From positions 18,652,213 through 18,716,212 of the forward strand of contig OZ234493.1 in assembly GCA_965153455.1 (NCBI GenBank): 64,000 nt of DNA, in the 5' to 3' direction. The notes beneath the pieces are model-generated. The model saw only the letters and a program-made list of their open reading frames with translations. It had not been told where the DNA came from and searched no databases. The stretch comes from Sphagnum compactum (Eukaryota). A program made the position numbers and the translations under genes. Positions 26,622 to 37,893 of the stretch are shown here, piece after piece. Within the stretch, counting starts at the first letter, position 1, and each line of letters begins with the position of its first letter.

Positions 26622-27230
26622 TAATAAACACAATCAAATCGTATTTATTGAGTGCTCCCTGTTTTTGATCGGTTAGATAGTTTATTGGTCAAAGTGGGTT
26701 GCTATTGGGGAGTCTTCCACCTACTTGCAGTCCCGATTTCAGTTTTATGGGTGGGGTTGGGGAAAAAGTTAGTACCTAAATTATGGATGTGAGAAATATT
26801 CAGGGTTTGTTTTGCAGGGTCACATACTGAGCGTTGGTGAAGATGCTCTCAAAGACAAGATACAAATTTCTCCAAAACTTGTAGGAAGTGGTGACTCTTG
26901 GAGAAAATGTGGAGACAAAAAAAGAGAGCCCCTTTTCTTTTGGGGGACCACTGAAACGGTTCAAATGGCAGCGTCAAATCGTTTGAAAACCGTTTCTCCA
27001 TCGACCTTGATACGTTTCCGCCCTTGCCAGAATAGGAAAAAAAAGGCCGCTCGAGAACAAACAAACAAACATGAGCATTTTGGATGCAAAAAATGTTTGA
27101 GGATTTGAAACAGCAGCAAGCGATTTAGATCTTGATCTTGTTGTTGTGTAATTTCCATGTGGATCTTGGAGATAGATAGCTCTTCTCATCAAGAGTGTTA
27201 AATGAATAGAATAGGAGGAGAAGACCGAGT

Positions 27231-27259
27231 AGGAGGAGGAGGAGGAGGAGGAGGAGGAG
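27231..27259. repeat. (GGA)n microsatellite in the probable 5' leader of the PKA-R gene
   Basis: aggaggaggaggaggaggaggaggaggag, seen directly. Confidence 0.9.
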
Positions 27260-27403
27260 TACGAGGACGAGGACGACAAGAAGGAGAGGAGTGTTGTGGC
27301 TGTTTTAGCATACAATTATTATCAGCATTCACAACTTGTTGCTGAAAAGAAAGTAGGAGGCAATATAGGTTGCAGTACTTCCTCCGTGTTAGGTTGCGAG
27401 AAG

Positions 27404-30400
27404 ATGGCAGCTTCTAGTAGCGCCAGAGGCCGAAAAGCTACTGCTAACCTCGCAACAAAAGTATACCCTTCTTCGTCGTCGTCCTCCCCATCCTCTCATC
27501 TTCTCCCACTAAATTCTCAAACAAACTGCTGCTCAAAGCACATTACAATGTGCATTCCAGAGATCATCAGAATGTGCAGGAAATGACCTACTTTCTCTTC
27601 TACAACAATCTATCTCCCTCACAACTTACCACCGGATACCCAAACCCTTGTTCTCTCTTGGTGTCTTATAAAGACAGTCTTCAAGCAGGCCATCATGCTC
27701 TTTTTGCATCGCCATTCCCATCAGTGGCATTTGGATTTGACTTCACCAATCTTTTGATTGTTGAACCATGATGAGAATGGAGAGTTATAGGAACATACAC
27801 AAACTTGCCTGAGCACAATCTCCAACAAAAGCAACAACAAAAAGTCTATGGAATTGCAGAGAAATCTTGACAATGACAGTCCAACTATGAATGGAATGCA
27901 AGGAAATTATGTAGGGGTGAAGCATAATTGTGTCAGGAATGTTTGTCAGGCAAATGCACACATCCATTCTTCTGCACATCTGCTGCATCTGTATTAAAGT
28001 CCAGAGTCCAATCCTCTGCAGTCACGTCATGGCATGGCATGGCTCAGAGGAGATTCTCTGGTTGCTGGTTTTCTTGCAAACGAGAAACGAAGCCATAAAA
28101 CCAGAAACAAGGTTTTTCTTTGGCATGTTTCTGGTGGATTTGCAGTCCTTTTGGAGTCCTCTTGTACCTCTCTTCTTCCCCTTTGTGGCTGGGTCCTAGA
28201 GCTTTAATGGCTAAGGCTCTTGGTCATGTTGCAAAGTGCTGGGTTCAAACCACTGCTAGCTAGGTCATGCAACCTACGAGATCCTGTACAGGGTATGTGG
28301 ATTTCTGTTGCATGATGATCAACGTGTGATTTGATCAGGCCACATTGATCGTAATGACCTGATGATCAGCTTGGACTCATTTATTTCCATCTGTCAGTTT
28401 TGCTTTGTTGTCCGATCCATTTTACCTTGTGGAGTTGTGATGCATGCGAGATCTTGCAAAATTGGTGTGCACCATGCATTTACAAGCATGGTATAGTATA
28501 ATTACAGTCAAGATCTCACCAAATTCAGTATTTTAAGATATGGGGACAGACCAGGGATGGAGTACCCAGCAGCAAGCATTCCAGAGATGTGGTTTGATCA
28601 AGGTTCGCATTGGATTTAGACACGGATACTATGATTGTGATCCCCTTCTACTTCGAACCTTTGTCAAGTGTTGTTGGGTAGGGTTGTTACACAACCTTGA
28701 AGTAGACAAAGGTTAGACAAAGGTTTCTCCCCGGTCCAAAGAGAATAAACTACCCTGGAGATTTTGCAAACATTTGCATAATATCTCAGTTGCAAAATGT
28801 TGAAGATGACCATTGCTTCTTTGTGTGAATCCTGACTGCTTTGAAATCAGGGGTAAAATAAATACCATGGCCAGTTGCAGTGACACCTGCAAATGTATTA
28901 CTGCTTGCAAGGGCTTCATTTTATATTCAAATCCTGTTTGTTGCTTGGGTTTGTAGATCTGATTCAATTCAGTTCTGTTCAGTTCAACCCCAAGCAATTG
29001 TGCAATTCCTCATATCTCCATAAATAAGTAGCCTCTGTATTCATTTGGCTCAGAAGACTAACTGATTTTGTTGAATATGAGATGTGCAGGAAAGGCGGAA
29101 GCACACCCTCTCCTTTCGCAGGACCGGCGTGAGTGCTGAATGTGCTGTCACTGATGAGAAGTATATCCCTAAGGTGCATGTTAGATTAGAAGCTGGTTTG
29201 AGATGCCCATATCATATCTGTTTTATTAGGGACATGAAGAAAAAGCAGAAAAAGATCAGAACATGGTGAGCAGAGAGCTTGACAATATTGAGTGTGTTGG
29301 TTGGGTTGTGGCATTTGCTAACTGACTAGGATCCTGGAAGAGTGTTTGCTGATCTCTTTATTTGCTGTTTCTAATGTTGTCTTGCTGTGAGGACACCACA
29401 GTAGGAAAGGATATCTGAGAGCTAGATGTTCAATAAAATGAATGTTCTGGAGTGCAGGTAATTCCAAAGACAAGTGAGGCCAAAAACCGGATACAAAAAG
29501 CCTTGGAAAAGAGCTACCTCTTCACATCTCTTGACAAGGACCAGATTCGTACGGTACTCACCACCACAATCCCAACCAATGTTTCCCATGTGGGAGAAAG
29601 TTATTGAACTGGTAACATATCCTGATTGCACTTGAATTTTTATACAATCTTCATTGACTTAGTTGCAATGAAGATTAGCCATCATCTTTCTATTTCATTA
29701 CAAGCAAGGAAAGGGTTAGGAATCAATTGATGAGTCACTTTTTTGTCTCTCATGGATGAAGAAAACACAGTGATGAACTGATAGAAAGCATAGATTGGTA
29801 GCAGGTAATTGATGCAGTGGAGGAACAGAGACATAAAGCTGGACAGGTCATAATTCAACAAGGTGACTCTGGCCTTATGTTCTACCTCCTCGAGGTGATT
29901 CTCCATCTCTCACATGTGTCTTCAAATGTTTTTCCTCCACATTCATCCAAGACACAGATTCAATGAGTACTTTAGCAAATCGAAGTATTCAATTGTGTTT
30001 CGGGTCTCACAATTTTCATTAGACTATCATTGACATTTTGTTACATAGCTTGTTTTTGAGAGTTTCAAAGTGCTTTCAAGGAGTTTTTGAAGTACAACAT
30101 AATTAATCAAGTGTGCATGGTATTTGGCAAGCAGGCAGGTTCATGCGAGGTTTGGCTACAGAAGCGACCAGGCACAAATCCAGAGATGGTGAAGACTTAT
30201 TCTGCAGGCGAAAGCTTTGGTGAGCTTGCCCTTCTCTATGATGCTCCTCGTGCTGCCACTATCAAGGTCCGTCTCTCTCTTTTTCTCTTCCCCTTCACTC
30301 TGTAATTGGCTACCCACACAACACATCTGGTTCTGAAGGGATCACCATCATGGTGCATTGCATCAAAACATTAATCTTTAAAATCTAGAGCTCCCAGAAA

Positions 30401-32365
30401 ACAACAAAGTGCATGACATGGTAGGATAAAAGCGCAGCCCAACAAGGCATTGTCTAGTGATTCCTTCCCACAAATTGTGCGGGTTGCTGCAGGCAAGCAC
30501 TGATTGCATAGTATGGGCAATGGATCGTGCCACTTTTCGATCAATTTTGATGACATCAACCAACGAAAAGAGGCAGCTGTATGAGGAATTCCTCGAGAAT
30601 GTGCCTCTTCTTCAGGTCCTCAGAAAGCCAATTTACAGTTCAAATAAAAATTACTTTCTTAAGGATCCTTGTATTTGTTTCCCTTTTGAACTTTGGGTTA
30701 TCATAATCATCATACCCACTTGCCTCATTGTGTTATCACACACCCATTGTGAATATTTGAGTTTCATGTTTTTTTTCGTTATAAGATCCCCTCACACTCC
30801 AAGTTGCCATGGTGAATTTTTGGCTTCATTAAATGGCACCTAAGCTTCTCTTCTTGTTAGTTGATCAAATGGTGGTTGGCAGTCACTTGACAAGTATGAG
30901 AGATCTGCGATTGCGGATGTGCTGGAAGCTGAGTACTTTGATGCTGGGAAAGTAATAATAATTGAGGGCACACCAGGAGAAAAGTTCTACTTTCTTGAAG
31001 AGGTTAGCAGTAATACTCACCACCCTCAAGCACTTGAGAAATCTCCTAATGTATTTGGAGTGCACCTGACATCCGGTGAGTATCTCTCTCTTAGAAAAGG
31101 GGAGGAGGGATCTACCCCTACTCCTTAAGAGTGGTAAGGATCTTATAGGTGGGTTCTTACACCTACACCTATCACTCTTTTACGTGTAGGTGTAAGAACC
31201 TACCTATAAGATCCTTACCACTCTTAACCTTTTTAAAAACCATATTTTTGCACTTGGAATTTTTGTTTTGGTTATATTTTGTGTTTTGGTGAGAATGATT
31301 AGTAAAGAAAATTACTACTAAATTTCTATGAGTGAAAAAAAAGGATGGCACCACTTTGAGTATCACCAATTAAGATTATGAATCAAATAAATCTTGGACC
31401 AACCATCGAATGTCAAGGTCTAAAAAACAATTTTATAATAATATGAGCATTCCAATTAACAAAGATGACCCAAAGATGGGACTATTACAAAATCATGTGT
31501 ATAGGGAGAAGCTGAGGCAAGATCAAAAGGTCAAATTGTCATGAGATACAATAAGGGAGACTACTTTGGTGAATTGGCATTGATTAATGATGCTCCACGA
31601 GCTGCCACCGTGGCAACGGTCACAAAATGCAAAGTTGTTTCCATCAATCGCGAAAGTTTCAAGGTTAGCTTTCAAAGCTTAAACACAAGTTGCGAATGGC
31701 AAGGAATCTTTTTTTAATGTTCATACTTTGAAGTTTCTACTATCAACATACGGAGCTATTCTTGATTGTTATGTTTTAGATCCTAACATGGTTAAGAATA
31801 TATGTTAAGATGAATTCAATTTATAACATGCTTCCATTTCTTTTTCACAAGTCCACATCCCTTTTGACCTAACTTTCCACATATTCACCTCTTTGCATTC
31901 TAATATGTGGTTAAAAAAGACTTTACATAAGAAAGGAAAGAGATCATTTGATGTTAAGATGACTAAAAGTATTTTATACGAGGTTGGTTCATTGAGCCAC
32001 CCTAGGTCCTACCTCCTTGGAAGGGTAGTGGTTCTTCACATAACCATTGTCCACAATGCTCCAAAATGGAGAGCTCATTATTTAGGTCTAAAATGTTTAT
32101 TGGGTGCAAGTAGGCCTGTGTAATGGAAATGGGGAAACCTTGTCCCACTTTCACACATACACCTTGTCAAAAAATGCCATTAAGGCCTCTTGACTTGGAG
32201 AGGCAATGGCTAGTCCAAGCTACTTTCACCATGCTAAATATTTTTCAAAGGTTTTTAATTATCATCTAAATATAAATTAGTGGGTGGATGGCACAGAGGT
32301 TGTTGGGAAAGCTTGAAGACATCTTGCATCGAAGGAAAGCTGAATACACCCACACTAGCAAATGA
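27404..32365 (+). CDS. PKAR: cAMP-dependent protein kinase regulatory subunit (PKA-R)-like, about 309 aa; exons 27404-27460 (tentative), 29090-29173, 29458-29553, 29805-29894, 30135-30266, 30493-30615, 30883-31002, 31505-31663, 32297-32365
   Basis: Spliced: ..[223 protein letters not shown]. It has an RRxG inhibitor site and tandem CNB-A/CNB-B domains. The first exon is less certain (weak AA|GTATAC donor). Confidence 0.93.
31125..31227. repeat. Near-perfect 44 bp hairpin inside a PKA-R intron
   Basis: TTAAGAGTGGTAAGGATCTTATAGGTGGGTTCTTACACCTACAC, a 15 nt loop, then GTGTAGGTGTAAGAACCTACCTATAAGATCCTTACCACTCTTAA (one G:T mismatch). Confidence 0.92.
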
Positions 32366-33843
32366 TTACACACTCAATAATCACTCCACTTATTTGCAAA
32401 ATTGCATTTCCAGCTTTATTTTTTAATTATTTTTTAGTGTGTGAACAATTTGTATAATGAGGTGGTTGTTATACCAGTTGGACAATAAGTCGACCCTCCC
32501 ACAATTTTAATTATGAATTTTATTATTTCTATGCATTTCATACTACTTTAACCATTAAAATTCATCAACACATCTCATAGAGAAAAATACAAGGACATTG
32601 AAAGCAATGATCCAAACACAATTTTATTGAAATTCTTTTAAATATGTCCCAATAAGACCTAACAAGTACATTCAATTTTTGGATGTGTGTTTACCTAAGA
32701 CAAAAACTAATGTAATTGAATGTTAATTCAAATGCATTCAGCCATTCTCCAATTTGAAATTTAGTTAGTAATCAAAGCACCTGCAAGCAAGGTCTTGTCG
32801 ATATAACTTCTAATCTCTTTCATTTTTTAGGATAAGAAAAAACTTATTAACATGCATTGTGGCATTTCAACATCTATTATTATACAAAATGCAATACGTT
32901 ACTTGCACACCACACATTGATCAACAAATTGTATCGAACTAGTATTGGAAGAGTGTTATTTAAAACTAGTCATTTGATGTATAACATGTTGCCATCATAT
33001 GGCATGACATCATTGTATCAATTGATATAATGTGATTATTTTGCTCCAATTAAGTGTTCATGTTCGATGCTTGGTGAATTTTTCATTTTGTTCAATCACA
33101 TATACTACCCCTCACAATGTGAGTTTTGAATGCCATGTAATAAAGATTTGAAATAATGTTGAGGCTTAACGATTTGGTCATGGGTATGATATGTAGGTTG
33201 TGGGACATGGAGGTTGAAACATGATGGTTGGGCATAAGGTTGAATTGATATTCCATATTTGCAAAAAAAAGATTTATACATTTTATTTTTCAGGTTATGT
33301 TTTGTTTTTGGTGTGCAAGAAAAACATAAATCCTCCATTTAATTTTTTTATTTTTGTTGTGCATCAATGGATCTCATGCATTTTCACATATTAGAGGAAA
33401 GGAATAACTAAAATATGGTGTTAGGATGATCAATGGACTGATCGATAAACAATGCTTTTGATATGAGGATATGCATGTATGTTGTAGCAGAGTCTATTAG
33501 TTGGTAGTGGGGATGAGCTTCAAACTTCAGACTCAAGGGAAAGCTCTATGCCATGGTTTAATGTTAGGATCAATCGGAGATCCTTGAGAGCGAGGAACCA
33601 AGGTGTTTTCTTGACATTCAAACACTCTGTGCAATTGAGTAATTTCAACTAGATATTGATGTTCCCAAAGAAAATCCATGTGATTTCTTCATATTTCCAT
33701 CAAATGCCCAATGGTTATTTATTATGTTCCCAATTTGTTCCCCAAGTTCCCAATAGCAACACACTTTATCCCATTGTTTCCCCCAATGAATTAATACTAA
33801 TCACTCTCACGTTGACCCAACACATTGTGTTTTGTATCGTTTG

Positions 33844-34166
33844 TTGGCCTTGCCTACCAAGGCAAGGATATTGTGTTTAAATTCATTACAAAGTACAGTA
33901 GCTTAATGGATTTTGGCCCCTAGGTAATAATAGGTCTATTTTTATATGAGGATTTTTCAAAGGTGACATTTTGGCTTGTGTTGAAACTTGAGATTGATTA
34001 TAGAGTTATAATGTCTTGAAATATTTTGGTTTCTTGTTTAGAGGATTTTTTGAAGATTATATTTTTGCATGGTGAAATATTTGAGGTTTCATCATAATTC
34101 TTCTTTTGCCTTAAGATACTTTTTAATGTAAATGGCAAGGCCCCAGTGTGACACACCCCCTTGTTT
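33844..34166 (+). mobile_element. About 320 bp dispersed non-autonomous element, copy 2 (Helentron/HINE-like architecture)
   Basis: Begins TTGGCCTTGCCTACCAAGGCAAGG and ends GGCAAGGCCCCAGTGTGACACACCCCCTTGTTT. Homologous to 20051-20389 and 54141-54459. Confidence 0.7.
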
Positions 34167-34379
34167 ATTTGCATTCGCATTTGTGACATACTTGGACAAC
34201 ACTGGTGAACCTTCTTCACATAAGAGCATCTCCAACATAAAGCACAGTGCTTAATCCAAAAGTTCGGTGCCACAGTCCAGTTTTGGACTGTTTGGTGACC
34301 ACAGTGAACCAGCACTCAGCAGCGCACCATTCGCTTGATGCCTGTTATTAACTCAGTTCGAAAGCTTTAAATTGGTCCC

Positions 34380-34615
34380 AAGGCCTTTAGATGATGAGGG
34401 TCCAAAAACAAAAAGTGGCAAATTGAGGCTAAACCTACATGGCACCTGTTTTGGAGGGAAAAAACACAGTGCTAAAAGGAGAGCTCCTGATTTGGAGAAC
34501 CAAGAATCAGGCTCGGGACGAAGGTAGAGTCCAACTCAAGGATTCAATTTGCTTCAAATCAGTCCAAATTGGTTCCTAGGAAATTGGACCCTGAACCCTT
34601 GTCTAAAGTGGGCTT
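34380..34615. mobile_element. Partial second copy of the Tourist-like MITE at 24087-24415
   Basis: Shares AAAAAGTGGCAAATTGAGGCTAAAC..CATGGCACC..TTTTGGAGGGAA and GTCCAAATTGGTTCCTAGGAA..TGGACCCTG..TCTAAAGTGGGC-TTAA. Confidence 0.75.
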
Positions 34616-37600
34616 AAGGTCTAAAGTGAGCTTAAGTTTGGTCAAAAAGTGAAGTAAAAGTAGAAATTAAAAATGAAATTGTTTTGGAAGGTTTCCATCA
34701 CCAAATAAAAATAAGCAAATTTCTGTATTTGGTTTTCAGTGTGTAGTCATCATTGTAGAAGTTTGATTAAAGATTTGTATTTCACATTTTGTTTATAACC
34801 AGATTTAGCTAAATTTCTCTAGGGATGATTGTCATTTTTTTATCATCTTTTTATGGATGATTGCCACTTAGGCTATATAAATATTTTCCTTAAAAAAAGA
34901 CACTGGTTTCAGTCAGTGTTTCTTTTTCTTTTTTTTTGGTCACAAGATTTCAAGTCTCTGTGAATTTTTTTTCAAAAGGTGGAAAATTAAAAAAACACAA
35001 ACAAATTGTGATTTTAAGAGATTTTTGTCATTTTTAGAAAAATAAAATAAAATTAGCCACATCTAAACCAGTATATATATATTTCATTTTTTTGGTATAA
35101 AAAATTTGGCAAAATTTAACCAATAAAGGAAGAAGCAACATTAGTCGAATTTACATTGAAAAACAAAAACATTCCTAAATTTTCCCAATTTATTTGTCAA
35201 AAAATAGTGCCAGGAAAAAAAAAAACACTGGAAGAACTTTGAGTGTGTTTCCAAGACATTCCTTTTTTATTATGTTCACAAAGTTGACAACTTGGTCGAC
35301 TAGTTACAAATTCTCATCGTTTACAAATTCCCAAATTGCAATATGGATGGATGGGCAAAATTGTCCTAATAGCATACTAAAAGGCCAACTTCAACACATG
35401 TTTGTTGAATAATTAATTAAATTTGAAAATTCCATGTCAAATATTATAATATTATAATAATTTTTATAAAAATTCTTTCACAAAATTTTGATTAAAAAAA
35501 AATTATTTAAGATTATTTTCAACATTTTTAGAAATAATTTAACTAGCGTTGAAGCTGCCAAGGTACTAATGGTACACAATTATGTGAAGAATTGTGCAAA
35601 TTCAACCAAAATTTAGTGAAAAATCACCAGAGTTCATGGTATAGGTATGTAGCCAAAATGTAGAAGGATGCATGTTTTTAAAATCATACTTTCATATTCA
35701 TCTTGTAGCCAAAATTTGGCTGAATCTTCTTCCCATGGATCATTGCCAATTTGGCTATATAAGAAAATTTACAAAAATACCACCTGATCTGATTGGTCCA
35801 GAAGTAGGGATTGCGTAATCTTACCGTGGTTAGGTTAGTTTGCGAACTCTGGCTAACTCTCGAGGGTTACGCAGACGTACGCCAACGAAAGCGTCTTTCC
35901 TTCGCATGTGTGTGTTTCTGTTTTGCTTTTCTTGCGGTCTCGCGATTGCCCTTCTTCCTCTCACGCAAATCCGCAAATCTCGCGCAGCAATCTGCGTTTC
36001 TTGCAGCTCTAGGACTACATCATTTCTTAGCTTCTCTTGCCATTCAAGTAGCAGACAGTGGAGGATTTTGTGTTTTCTTCGACGTGAATATTCCGTGGAG
36101 ACTCTCGGCGGACCGAAACTGGGATTCTAATTGTGTACAAAACATATTTTCTTCAGCAAATGCTTGTCTTCGTAACGCCAATTGCGTCATCTGAGCCTTA
36201 CTGTCGAGGTATTCCGACTTTCCCTGGCTTTCTAGAAGGAAATACAAAATACTTGTTGATTCCGTAGGACTAGATTTTTGGGAATCGCCGGGGCGGGTAA
36301 CGCTTGCACAGAAGGCCATTTTACGTTGGCTAGTTCAGAAATCCATCGTTTGTCATAAGGCTTCGTTTAAATCTAAGCAGCTAAAAGAGGAGCTTTGGAC
36401 TAGCCCGCTGGATTCTGGAACTTAGCTTTGAGTGCGCGGGTGATGGTTCTTCAACGCAGCTGCACAGCAGGTTTTTACTATCGCGATGTCTGTGCAAATT
36501 GTGACCCTAGGTGTCTATACTTGTGCCGCGACATGGCAACTCTAACCAGGCCATGTGGAAGATCCGCTCGAACAGTGCAGCTTTCCGAATAGGGTTTAAG
36601 ATCATAGGGGCCACGATCAAACATATTTCTGTGCACACTGTCAACGGCGATTCATAAGATTCTATTGTAATTCTTCGTGTCCACATAAATAGGTTTTATT
36701 GTAGGAATTTACAGTAGCAGAGATCAAGGTGCGCTTGGCCTCTGTTTTGAAGTGTAATCCCCTGCTTGGACAGGCGCAAGCTAAAGGACAATGAACCTTA
36801 AACCAGCTTGAATGAGTATACTATTGACTTTTCACTTAGCTGCTATATATACCTCTTGAGTGCTGGCATCATGACTGAGTCTTTGGCTTGCTTTTGGAAA
36901 TGTGGCAGAACCTCAGGGTGCAGATTTTCACATAATTGTTTTCCTGAAAATTTGAGCAGATTATATATATATATACATATATTTACACAGCCATATTTGT
37001 TAAGAGCTGATGAAGTGAATGGGGAGTAGTGGCAGCTACTCACTGCCATTCGTGATGAAGATGATGGGCTAATACTTTGTGAGTAACCCTCACAAGGGTT
37101 GTGACCACCACTCTTTCCTATCAGTATGTTAGTTTTGGTTTAGCTGGAACTGTCAAAATAACAGTTTACTTTAAACAAAGTTTTATTGTGGAGTTTTCTC
37201 TGCAATCTCCTGAATGAATTGGTTGAGAAGATTCAGTGCTCTGAATTGACAGTGACTCTTCTTAGTGTACTGTGATCTGTGATGGGTAAGACAGCTTGTG
37301 AATGCTTGAGTGTATGATTAGTCCTAAACCTAATGTTGATCTTCTCATATTTAATTGGTTAATTTATGACCTCCATTCACTGCCTGGAGCTGATGAGTCA
37401 GTGGGGATGTTATAGTATTTAGTAAATATCATGCATGTTTGCTGTTGAAGGTCTCTGAACATGCATGTGACTGTCACTGTTGTTCAGACTGTTCCTTAGC
37501 TTCTGTATTGTTTCATCTGTTCTTTAGGGTTGGGTTTTGACTTTGTTCCTGTTTGCCAATACAAGATTTGAAATTTCTATAACCTTATTTTGAAGTCATC

Positions 37601-37893
37601 TATCAATTCAGGTGAACTTAAATCATATGTATAGAGAAGTTCTCAGTACTTGTGAAGATGTCTTTGATGTTATTAGTTATTGGGCATGTTTTTATGCAGG
37701 TTGCATGCTTATCTGCTATGTGATGCAGGGCGTGTGGTTTTTTCAAATGCTGAATCAAGTTACATAGATGGAATTATGTCCTGCTGCAACAGTATTGGAA
37801 GCTACAGTTTCAGCAACTTGTGACTCTAGGTCATGGTTTGTATGCTGCTGGAAAAGCTCTCTGTTTGATAATTGATTGGTTTCAAGAAAGGAA

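Larger units (their letters stand above)
25805..26848. mobile_element. Older Tourist-like MITE (GAGCATCTCC-type TIR) interrupted by two younger MITEs
   Basis: TAA-CAGCATCTCCACCAATGCTCACTTTGTGACCCTGCA ... TGCAGGGTCACATACTGAGCGTTGGTGAAGATGCTC-TCA. The segment 26625-26848 is a reverse-complement homolog of 25951-26160. Confidence 0.78.

Noticed and set aside
27404-32365. PKA-R as fungal/animal contamination or recent horizontal transfer
   Set aside because: It is embedded among plant genes, its intron style matches its neighbours, and it shares local repeat families. PKA-R is also known from bryophytes, so vertical retention is simpler (phylogeny not run).
34914-35230. CAGTGTTT...AAAACACTG candidate TIR element
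   Set aside because: The TIR is short and low-complexity, and there is no matching TSD.
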